From Chiloscyllium plagiosum (taxonomy: Eukaryota): a stretch of DNA of 64,000 nt. The stretch's first letter is position 1, and every line of letters starts with the position of its first letter. The notes under the pieces are model-generated. The model did no database searches and was not told the DNA's origin. It saw only the letters and a program-made list of their open reading frames with translations. Below, piece by piece: positions 52,013-61,850 of this stretch. The translations under genes were made by a program, and so were the position numbers. The stretch spans positions 79,159,678 to 79,223,677 of the forward strand of contig NC_057719.1 in NCBI RefSeq assembly GCF_004010195.1, in the 5' to 3' direction.

Positions 52013-52085
52013 TGGAGAATGCGGGCATCGATCCCGCTACCTCTCGCATGCGAAGCAAGCGCTCTACCATTTGAGCTAATCCCCC
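52013..52085 (-). tRNA. tRNA-Ala, anticodon CGC (gene or retrocopy)
   Basis: GGGGGATTAGCTCAAATGGTAGAGCGCTTGCTTCGCATGCGAGAGGTAGCGGGATCGATGCCCGCATTCTCCA. 73 nt, complete cloverleaf, G3:U70 Ala identity pair, A73, anticodon loop TT-CGC-AT. Confidence 0.9.
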
Positions 52086-52727
52086 GGTCAAGATAGATTC
52101 TTGCTAAGAAAGAGGGTGAAAGGTTATGGGGGGGTGATGGTGGGGAGAGAATGTGGAGTAATCGGATGCTTTTATTGAATGGTGAGAATCTAGGAGTGGG
52201 GAGGGGACGAAAGTGTCGCCTACTCTTATTCCTAATGGTTATGTCCATATGTAAATGTGGAAAGGTGTGGCGCTGGAAAAGCACAACAGGTCAGGCAGCA
52301 TCTGAGGAGCAGGAGAATTGGCAATTTGGGCATAAGCCCTCCATCAGGAATGTGTGGCTATGCCCGAACCGTCGATTCTCTTGCTCCTCGGATGCTGCCC
52401 GACTGGCTGTACTTTTCCAACACCACACTTTTCGACTCTAATCTCCAGCATCACTTTTTCCAGTTCATATGTAAGGTCGTAAATGAATGCATGTTTTTAT
52501 ATATATGTACTGTAACGTAAATGGTTGTAAACAGTTGGCCATCGAGACTGCATCATGGGGGGAGTATTGACCGTTTGAGATTAAGCCACAGTGGTAACTG
52601 TTGATTAGCAGCAGCAGCTACACCTGGCTCGCTTTGCAAAAAATGGCCATTGCTGGCATCGCGGCCGAAAGGCAAGTTCTTGGACTCAAAAAGGTTGCAT
52701 AAAGGTTTATTCTCTGCCTCTCCTCAG

Positions 52728-52869
52728 AAAACTCAACATCAGGATGAGCGGCTGGTGTCTAACCTGAAGGTAGGACAGTATGTCTTTCAGCTGACTGTCA
52801 AAGACACGGCAGGCCAGATGACCACTGACACCATGTCCGTCACTGTCCTCTCTCCTGAACAATCCGAGG
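52728..52869 (+). CDS. SPINT1: SPINT1 coding exon 3: C-terminal half of PKD-like domain
   Basis: Acceptor tctcctcag|, donor G|gtgagt. 142 nt, phase 0 to 1. KTQHQDERLVSNLKVGQYVFQLTVKDTAGQMTTDTMSVTVLSPEQSE carries the G.Y.FQLTV PKD motif. Confidence 0.93.
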
Positions 52870-53477
52870 GTGAGTACACACTCGTCGCAACGGAATTTAT
52901 TCACCCCTGCTCACTGACCCTGCTCGGAATGGAAAAAGCAAAGCATTTTCGTGAACCGTGTGCAGAGCTGTGTTGAGATCACACTAGGATTACAGGGCAA
53001 AGATCGGGACTCTTGATTATGAAAAGCTCCCATTGATATGCAAATTGTGAACAATACCAAAAGGAAGACGGTAGATGAATCAGGAAAGGATGAACAGGCG
53101 AGGGTTGTTTTCTCTAAAAGAAGTTGAGGCAACGTGATTGAGATGTTTAAAATAAGTGTTCAAGGATGTGTAGTTCAGGTGCATTAGTCAGGGGTAAATG
53201 TACAGTAATAGGGTAGGGGGATGGGTCTGCGTGCATTACTCTTTGGGGGGTATTTGAGAACTTGTTGGGCCGAAGTGGCCTGTTTCCACATTGTAGGGAT
53301 TCTATGATACTAAAGGCAGAGTGACGCTATTTCCATTTGCAGAGGCAGGTCAAAACCTGGACTCCTAAATAAAGCGTTTGAGTTTTATTTTTCTATCAAT
53401 TGAAAAGAAGGAAAATTAGGCCAAACCTGTATCTAACATTGGTTAGACTGCATGTAAGAGCACTCTGCAGGCCTGCT

Positions 53478-53786
53478 CACTGTGGCGGCTCAGTGGTTAG
53501 TACTGCTGCCTCACAGCAGCAGGGAATCTGGTTCGATACCAGCGTCGGGCAACTAAGTGTGGAGTTTGCACATTCTCCCTGTGTCTGCGTGGATTTCCTT
53601 CCGCAGACCAAAGATGTGCGGGTTAGGTGAATTGGCCATGCTAAGTTGCCCATCAGGGATGTGTAGGTTATGTGCATTATTTAGGGGTAAATATAGGATA
53701 AGTGGGTCTGGGTGGGTTACTCTTCGGAGGGTTGATGTGGCCTTGTTGGCCCACAGGGCCTGTTTCCAAAATGTTGGGATTCTATA
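53478..53786 (+). mobile_element. V-SINE copy (a separate SINE 3' half lies at ~53160-53305)
   Basis: Head, central domain and tail motifs. Confidence 0.8.
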
Positions 53787-54768
53787 CAAACTTCTACGAG
53801 ATGTTGTAGAAAGGACATCGAGCCACTGGAGAGGATACAGAGATAACTTAGATGAGAAACGTTTGAGTATAAATATCAGGAAAGAGTTGACAGGCTGGCT
53901 CTCTGCTTTTGAAAACTGAAGCTTTTTGAGATGGGTTTTGGTGGTGTGGGTGCAGGGAGAGTGCGTTTGCTTGTGGGCAAGAGCAAAACTGGAAGCTGTC
54001 AGTGTAAGGCAGTCACTGACCGGGAACTGGTGCAAACCGTTTCACCCAGAGAGTAGTGACAATGGGGAACTCCTTACCACAGGGAGTACTTAACGGGGAT
54101 AACAGCAATGCTTTTAGGGGAAATGAGATAAGGACGTGAGGGAGAAGGGAATAGATTGTTATAATGTTAGATTAGGACAAGAAATGGGAGCCCTGACTGG
54201 AGCATGAATATTGGGATAGACTGTTTGACCTGTTTCTATCATGTTCTACATCATCTTAAAATAGTCAATAAATCCAATAATGAATTCAAGCAAAGCATAT
54301 TTGGTCAGAGAGGTGTGAATGTGGAGCACACTACCCCACAAGGGTTATTTGAAGAGCTATAGAAACACAAGGGAGAAAGGTCCAGATGATACGTGAATGG
54401 GGCTATATGAAGGAGGGCATTGCTTTATTTACAGTACAGAGGGGGGTCATAGAGTCATACAGCATGGAAACAGACCCTTCGGTCCAACCAGTCCATACCA
54501 AACATAATCCCAAACTAAACTAGTCCCACCTCCCTGCTCCCAGTCCATAGCCCTCCAAACCTTTCCTATGCATGTATCCATCCAAATGCCTATTAAATGC
54601 TGTAATTCTACCCACACTGGCCACTTCCTCAGGAAGTTCATTCCACACATGAGCCACCCTCTGTGTAAAACATTTGCCTCTTAAGTCTCTCTCCTCTCAC
54701 CTTAACAATGTGCCCCCAAGTCTTGAAATTCCCCATCTCCGGGAGAAGCCAACTACATTTAGCTCTAT

Positions 54769-56395
54769 TATTATGAAGGTGTGGGTGTACTTTGAGAGTT
54801 AAAAGCAGCAGAACTACCAGACCCAGCACCAAATATACTCAGAAATGGTAACAATGTAACACTGGGTCGAACCACGCGATCAGTTCGTTGCTTAAGAGAT
54901 AAAAACAAATTCTAATTCAGCCCATCAGTTTAAATTATATCCAAAACGCAACAAACTCCTGTCAAGTTTGAATTGAGTATGTTGACAATCTTAAAAGCCA
55001 ATGACACAATCTGATGCCCTGGAGTATAAAACTGCAGAAAATTGACCAGTTGAGAGGAGAACTGCCACAACCCAGCATGTAAACAGACTGCTTGAAAATA
55101 GCTCTCTCAGCCTCAAATGTCCTATCTATTTTCAAAGCCCGCACCCATCAATCAAATTGACTATGTTTAATTCTTTCGAACTCAACATAAGTCTGACCTG
55201 GTTCCTTCTTTATGCTTCTGGTAGCAATTCATAAGCACTTAAAATAGCCCGTTCATAATCTCTTGACACCTCATCTGACAATACGACAAATGCCTGACTA
55301 GCTCTGCCTACCAGTTTAGTCTGAACTAGCATTACCCATAAATCCTCCGACCACACCATCTGCCTAGCCAATTTTCAACTGAAATAAAATAGGCTTCAAC
55401 ATCTTTCTCATCAAAATGTGACAGAGTTTTGACATTTTATATATATCACAACCTTCTCTTTTAATCTCCATCCTGTTAATTTGACTTTTGCTGACTAAGT
55501 CACAACTTCTCAAGTTCAAATTCTCTGTCTGTGTCTCTGTCTGTGTCTCTGTCTGTGTCTCTGTCTGTGTCTCTGTCTGCACAGTCAAGAACCTTCACTC
55601 TCTCTTTTTTCGCCCCCGCCCCCTTTGTCTTCTAACTCCATTTTCCTCAATTTGTCCTTGTTTAAACCCAAATGTAACTTTTTTGCTAATTCTAAAAGTA
55701 AGGCCTTTTTCTTTCCTTCTAAACTTCCTTGGCAGATTTGAGAATCATTTTCAAATCCCAGAATTTCTTCAGCAATTTTAAGAGCCATTTCTCCCACTCT
55801 TTAATTTAATCAACCGCAAGTCACCAAAATTAAACAAATTGTCTCACTTACGTTTTATTTAAAGATTAGGATACTAACCTGCAAGTGTTCAAATCTGCTG
55901 GGATTTCTCGTACCCCCAAATCTATTCAAATCTGTCTAAACCAGTTCAGATCACAGACCCAAAATTCGGATAATCGAATGCCGGATAATTGAGGTCCCTC
56001 TGTATTTCAGAAATCTCCTTCATTTCCAAAATGTCCTTCACGCCAGCAATGTCAATTCCTAACCCTTTTATTCAAAACCCTTTGTTGAAATGAGTGTGGT
56101 TCCAAAGAGGACAGTTGTCCATATAACATTCTGAAGGCAAACTTTTCTCCGATGCTGCTTCCTCTGGAATATTACAGAAGTACACCAACCTATCTATTCC
56201 TTCTGAGTGCCTGTAAATGCTTTTTTAAAAAAATTTCTTTGCTTCCTTGGTCAATAGAAAGCATTTGTTAGTCTTTCCCACCCAAACTCCCAGACCCAGT
56301 ATTAGATTGTTACCATTTTCGAGTACATTTGGTGCTGGGTCCGGTAGTTCTGCTGCTTTTAACTCTCTTAAAGGTATACTCACATTGTCATAACA
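54769..56395. mobile_element. ~1.6-kb element with ~100-bp inverted termini and a gag-like remnant
   Basis: 54769-54868 is the inverted counterpart of 56293-56395 (ends T(A/G)TTATGA...TCATAACA). It interrupts a CR1 fragment. Minus-strand ORF 55585-55797 contains KKALLLELAKKLHL. Confidence 0.7.
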
Positions 56396-57294
56396 CTGCC
56401 TATACCCCTCATTATTTTATAAATTCTACCAGGTTGCCTCTCAACCCCCTCCGCTCCAGTGAGAAATGTCCCAGCCTATTGCAAGCTCCTCGCACAACAA
56501 TCCCACTGCCTTCACTTTATCCCAGAGCCCTTCAAGTCAGTATCCTTTGAGTTCCCATCCAATCCTTTTTAGAAATCAATGATTCCTCCCCCTCCTCCTC
56601 CCTCCCCTNNNNNNNNNNNNNNNNNNNNNNNNNNNNNNNNNNNNNNNNNNNNNNNNNNNNNNNNNNNNNNNNNNNNNNNNNNNNNNNNNNNNNNNNNNNN
56701 NNNNNNNNNNNNNNNNNNNNNNNNNNNNNNNNNNNNNNNNNNNNNNNNNNNNNNNNNNNNNNNNNNNNNNNNNNNNNNNNNNNNNNNNNNNNNNNNNNNN
56801 NNNNNNNNNNNNNNNNNNNNNNNNNNNNNNNNNNNNNNNNNNNNNNNNNNNNNNNNNNNNNNNNNNNNNNNNNNNNNNNNNNNNNNNNNNNNNNNNNNNN
56901 NNNNNNNNNNNNNNNNNNNNNNNNNNNNNNNNNNNNNNNNNNNNNNNNNNNNNNNNNNNNNNNNNNNNNNNNNNNNNNNNNNNNNNNNNNNNNNNNNNNN
57001 NNNCGCTTTCATCCTCTCTCTTCCACTGCCCCCTTGTCCCCTCTCTCTCTCTCGACAAACCTCTCGCACTCTTCTCTCCTTCTTACCCTTCCTCTTTCTT
57101 TCCTCTCTCTCACCATTTCTCCATCTCTCTTTCACTCGCCCTGTCTCTCTCTCTCCCTGTCTCTCTCTTTCACACACGCATGCTCAATTCTGAACATATC
57201 TCTCTCTATCTTGCTCTCGCCGACTCTCTTCTGTCCCCTTATTCTTTCTCTTTTCTTTTCTCCCTCCCCCCCCCCCCCCCCCCCCCCCCTCTAG

Positions 57295-57465
57295 AATACT
57301 GCAAAGCAGACAAGAAGGTGGGGCCTTGCCGTGGGGCCTTCCCTCGCTGGCGCTATGAGGCGGACAAGGGCATCTGTGAGCCCTTTACCTATGGTGGCTG
57401 CAAGGGCAACAAGAACAACTTTGTGGGCGAGCAAGAATGCCAGCAGGCGTGCAGCGGTGTCAAAG
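57295..57465 (+). CDS. SPINT1: SPINT1 coding exon 4: Kunitz domain 1 (P1 Arg)
   Basis: Acceptor after a poly-C tract (ctctag|), donor AAAG|gtcagt. 171 nt, phase 1-1. YCKADKKVGPCRGAFPRWRY..CEPFTYGGCKGNKNNF..ECQQAC has all six Kunitz cysteines. Confidence 0.96.
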
Positions 57466-58319
57466 GTCAGTGAGCAGAGGGCCAGTGAAGCGGGCACCCA
57501 GAATCTTACCCTGACGGCTAATTTGGGGATGCAGTTGCATGCGGCCTGCATCGCTTTCAACACCCATTGGCCTGTGCCAACTTAGCCATCCGACATGAGC
57601 TTGGCCCCCAAGTTGGTGACGTCAGCCAGCCTATACTGCTTCTCCAACCGTGGGTGGGGAGAAGGGTTTCCAGGTACAGTGGATGTGGAAGGGTACATTG
57701 ATGGGCAGGGTGAGATGACGGCATCGACAGTGTCCACGGTTTGGAGTCTGGTGTGACTTTTCTTTGGAATAGGTCGTGCCTTGGGCGCACACCACGTTAG
57801 CGTGGTCAGTAGTGGCCTGAGATACCTTGTGTGTCATCCTGGCAAGGCTCTGAATGTGTACCAGGCAAACCCTGTTCTGGAGCTGGTGCGGTCAGGAGCG
57901 CCCAGTGCTGCTCTGTCTTCAGGTCCATCCCACATTTCCTGATGCCCATCAGGTCTGCTCCAGGCAATGTGGCCAGCTCACTTGACTGGCACGTGCCAAG
58001 AATTTTTCTAACCAGAGATTCAACCCCACTGCCCCCCACAACACAGACAGATGAGGAAATATAGACACAAACACAATGTTGAGGGTTTCTATAGCAGCCT
58101 GGGTCTTCAGTCCTGTTTCTGGAATGTTGTCAGGATCCATAGTCTTTACATTATTCAGTGTCTGGAATCATTTGTTGATACCACATGGATGACCACCCAG
58201 AGTACATTTTCTGCTCTTGCCATCCTCCATGCCTCCAACATGGAGGGGCATTGATACATCCAGGAGTACAGTCTCTTTGCCCATGTTGGACCTGGTGCCT
58301 TGAAACTTTGTGCTCTCTC

Positions 58320-58426
58320 GCCGCGCACGCTCTCTGTGTGTCTCTCTCTCTCTGCGCCCGTAGAGGGCGCTCTCCCGCGCGCCCTATCTCTGTCTCTCTG
58401 TGCCCGCAGAGGGCGCTCTCTCGCGG

Positions 58427-58471
<45 letters not shown>

Positions 58472-59445
58472 NNNNNNNNNNNNNNNNNNNNNNNNNNNNN
58501 NNNNNNNNNNNNNNNNNNNNNNNNNNNNNNNNNNNNNNNNNNNNNNNNNNNNNNNNNNNNNNNNNNNNNNNNNNNNNNNNNNNNNNNNNNNNNNNNNNNN
58601 NNNNNNNNNNNNNNNNNNNNNNNNNNNNNNNNNNNNNNNNNNNNNNNNNNNNNNNNNNNNNNNNNNNNNNNNNNNNNNNNNNNNNNNNNNNNNNNNNNNN
58701 NNNNNNNNNNNNNNNNNNNNNNNNNNNNNNNNNNNNNNNNNNNNNNNNNNNNNNNNNNNNNNNNNNNNNNNNNNNNNNNNNNNNNNNNNNNNNNNNNNNN
58801 NNNNNNNNNNNNNNNNNNNNNNNNNNNNNNNNNNNNNNNNNNNNNNNNNNNNNNNNNNNNNNNNNNNNNNNNNNNNNNNNNNNNNNNNNNNNNNNNNNNN
58901 NNNNNNNNNNNNNNNNNNNNNNNNNNNNNNNNNNNNNNNNNNNNNNNNNNNNNNNNNNNNNNNNNNNNNNNNNNNNNNNNNNNNNNNNNNNNNNNNNNNN
59001 NNNNNNNNNNNNNNNNNNNNNNNNNNNNNNNNNNNNNNNNNNNNNNNNNNNNNNNNNNNNNNNNNNNNNNNNNNNNNNNNNNNNNNNNNNNNNNNNNNNN
59101 NNNNNNNNNNNNNNNNNNNNNNNNNNNNNNNNNNNNNNNNNNNNNNNNNNNNNNNNNNNNNNNNNNNNNNNNNNNNNNNNNNNNNNNNNNNNNNNNNNNN
59201 NNNNNNNNNNNNNNNNNNNNNNNNNNNNNNNNNNNNNNNNNNNNNNNNNNNNNNNNNNNNNNNNNNNNNNNNNNNNNNNNNNNNNNNNNNNNNNNNNNNN
59301 NNNNNNNNNNNNNNNNNNNNNNNNNNNNNNNNNNNNNNNNNNNNNNNNNNNNNNNCTCTCTCTCTCTGCGCCCGCAGAGGGCGCTCTCTCGCGCTCGCTC
59401 GCTCTCTCTCTCTCTGCGCCCGCAGAGGGCGCTCTCCCCCGCCCC
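58320..59445. repeat. GC-rich ~46-48-bp tandem repeat with (CT)n spacers, interior lost in a gap
   Basis: tg(c/t)gcccg(c/t)agagggcgctctc occurs twice on each side of the 58472-59355 gap. Confidence 0.8.
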
Positions 59446-59807
59446 CCCCCCAACCCCAGCTCATGCTCTGTCTCCCTTGCACCTGCTCTCCCTGATTATT
59501 GTGAAGTGTTTGTGTTGGGATAGATACATATTTGCTTTTGCCAATAATTTGGAAATCTCCCAAATCCATGCTATATATGCAATATGTAATTAGCTTGGTC
59601 TGTTTTATTTCATTTCTTCACTTGTAGGCATTCGATTTGTTTTCAAAAGCCAACCTGTAACTTTGTGCTCATTTGAGTGTAAGACCACCATGCTTAACAA
59701 AACACGACATATCAAACCAGGGTTTGGTCTGATATTGGGCTTCTCCAATAGTAACATCCACTGGGGTCCTTGTAAAGGTACTGACTGTTCATTGTTCTTT
59801 CTTCCAG

Positions 59808-59843
59808 CAAACAAAAAGTCTTCAGGCAGATCAGGCTTGCCAC
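59808..59843 (+). CDS. SPINT1: SPINT1 36-nt linker micro-exon between Kunitz 1 and LDLa
   Basis: Branch-point-like ctgac, pyrimidine tract ttctttcttccag|, donor CAC|gtgagt. Symmetric phase 1-1, encoding (A)NKKSSGRSGLP(Q). Sits where mammalian SPINT1 has a small linker exon (recalled). Confidence 0.75.
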
Positions 59844-60845
59844 GTGAGTACCACTTCAGTGTATATATTATCCCTTCCTAATTGCTCACACTAAGAAAAG
59901 GACTTGTACTTTAGTAATTCTTTTCACTTGTTCAGGATGTCTCAAAATACTTCAAAGACAATCAAGTGTCAGCACTATAACGCAGGAAATTTGCAACAGC
60001 AATTTCCCAAAGCAGAATTGAGGCAAAAGACCAGCTAAACTGTTCCAAGTATTGGTTGAGGGATAAATATGGTCCCGGAATGCGGGGAGAACTGTCCAGA
60101 GAACTTCTCTGAGACGTACCAGGTAGATTTTAATCCAAGATAGACCAAACCTCAGCTTAATGAAAGACCAGGCCTCAGTATTACACTGAGTGACAGTGAA
60201 GGCTTTTGTAACGCAATACTTCCAAAGTCAGATAACCCATTTAAAATGCTTCCTTTATTCCTTTCTGTGCCGAAGATGTTAACTAATCTCTCTCCTAGCA
60301 ACCACCACTGCTAATAACAGAGCATAGTTTCATCAATTCAAATTCCAAGCAGTTGCCACCGAGTATTACCACTCTATCCTCTTCCTTTTATAATGCTCTT
60401 GAAGATGCCAATCAGTAGCCAATAGGCCATCCTGTGACTCCGCGTTCAAAACCATTGTGGTTGGGATCACTGCACATGGACGATGTGGAGCCAATTGATG
60501 GGGAATTGATGATTGCTCTCTTTGGGAGCACTGACCTCAGTTGGAGCTGATTCAAGTTATAAATGTAAAGTGATGGAACTGTTTAGCAGGAGGTTGCTGT
60601 GCATTGCCATAATCCAGTAAACTACAAATCAGCATAGAATCAGGAGGCAAGGTTTCTGACTGACTATCTTTCTCGATGACCTAGAAGGCAATGATGACCC
60701 AAATGCGACGTCCCAAAGGTCCATTTAGTGAGAGATATGTGGGAAAAGAAATTCAGATGAAGTGTTAAGGTCTTAGGTTAAACCTGAATCTTTGGCTGGA
60801 TGGTGGAAAACCATTCCTCATCCGAGGAGTCAGGTCAGAGTCAGG

Positions 60846-61095
60846 GGGTGGCATGGTGGCTCTGTGATTGGCCCTGCTGTCTCTGTGTCAGGAACCTCCG
60901 GTTTGATTCCACCCTTGGGCAACTGTCTATATGGAGTTTGCATGTTCTCCCAATGTCTGCGTGGGTTTCCTCCGGTTTCTCCCACAGTCCAAAGATATGC
61001 AGGTTAGGTGAGGTAGCCATGGGAAATGCAGGGCTACAGGGCTAGGGAAAGGGTGTGGGTCTGGGTGGGCTGCACTTCAAGGGTTGGTGTGGACT
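60846..61095 (+). mobile_element. V-SINE copy (diverged)
   Basis: Head and central domain recognisable. Confidence 0.7.
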
Positions 61096-61724
61096 CAATC
61101 CGGCCTTAACATAGAATTCACCAACTTCCAAATGAGAGGAAGCTTGGATGGAGCAGAAATGTACGAGAAAGCACGAGCCCGCCAGGCTGAATGGCCTGTC
61201 TTACTGCTGCCTCGTCTATCCTGTTTGCATTGAATAGTCGGCTGAGCTGAACTGCCAGCTAATAAGAGTGCGAGGATGCCTTGGCAATGAGCGCTCTGGC
61301 CGAAGTACATCTGCTCACTGAGGTGCAAAGGACCAGCTGAACGACTGAAAGAAATCTCCGGCTGATCCCTTGTCTCTGAAGTCTAAGCTTTTGATGGAAG
61401 ACGGGCGAAACTCGGGCTTTTATGACCTGGCTAGGAGGTTCCTGAGAAGGTGCTGCAAAGTAAATTGCATGAGAACAAAATGGTATAAATTCAAGCCGGT
61501 AAATTTAGGCCTAAAAAACACATTGCGATTAAATCAGGGTAGTTCAGTCAAGGCCGAGAGGGGAGAAAAAGCAAGGCTGGCTTTTTCGGTTGGATGTGAA
61601 GCATTTAACCAGGCACAGCCTCAACGTGTGTAAACCCTCAGTGCTCAAAGATTGGGGAGTGTTTGAACTTTTGACTCTCACCTCTGCATGGCCCCCTCTC
61701 ACTTGTCCTTTCACTCCTCTGCAG

Positions 61725-61850
61725 AATGCATAGGGAACTGCGGTGAGGGCCAGTTCAAATGTGATGATAACTGCTGCATTGACAGTAACCTAGAGTGTGA
61801 TGAAACTCCACATTGCAAAGATAAATCGGATGAGGCCAGTTGCAAACACA
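61725..61850 (+). CDS. SPINT1: SPINT1 exon: LDL-receptor class A domain
   Basis: Acceptor tcctctgcag|, donor A|gtgagt. 126 nt, phase 1-1. CIGNCGEGQFKCDDNCCIDSNLECDETPHCKDKSDEASC has the LDLa D.SDE..C motif. Confidence 0.94.

Larger units (their letters stand above)
24065..59355. other. Five assembly gaps: 24065-24376, 38844-39376, 49314-49472, 56609-57003, 58472-59355
   Basis: N runs, each flanked by G/C-skewed or low-complexity sequence. Confidence 1.

Noticed and set aside
57466..57520. HAI-1B-like in-frame extension of the Kunitz 1 exon
   Set aside because: Reading past the donor gives GGT CAG TGA, an immediate stop.
58151..59593. 400-470 aa ORFs, and similar ORFs at the other gaps
   Set aside because: They are artefacts of N runs translated as X.
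499..61095. SINE heads as tRNA genes, and recurring ORFs such as LDCGRKPEHPEETHADTGR
   Set aside because: They have A/B boxes but no full cloverleaf, and the peptides are translations of the SINE body.
9525..61850. Alternative identity as LRP11 or KIAA0319-like
   Set aside because: An in-frame Kunitz exon lies between PKD and LDLa, which is the SPINT1 architecture.
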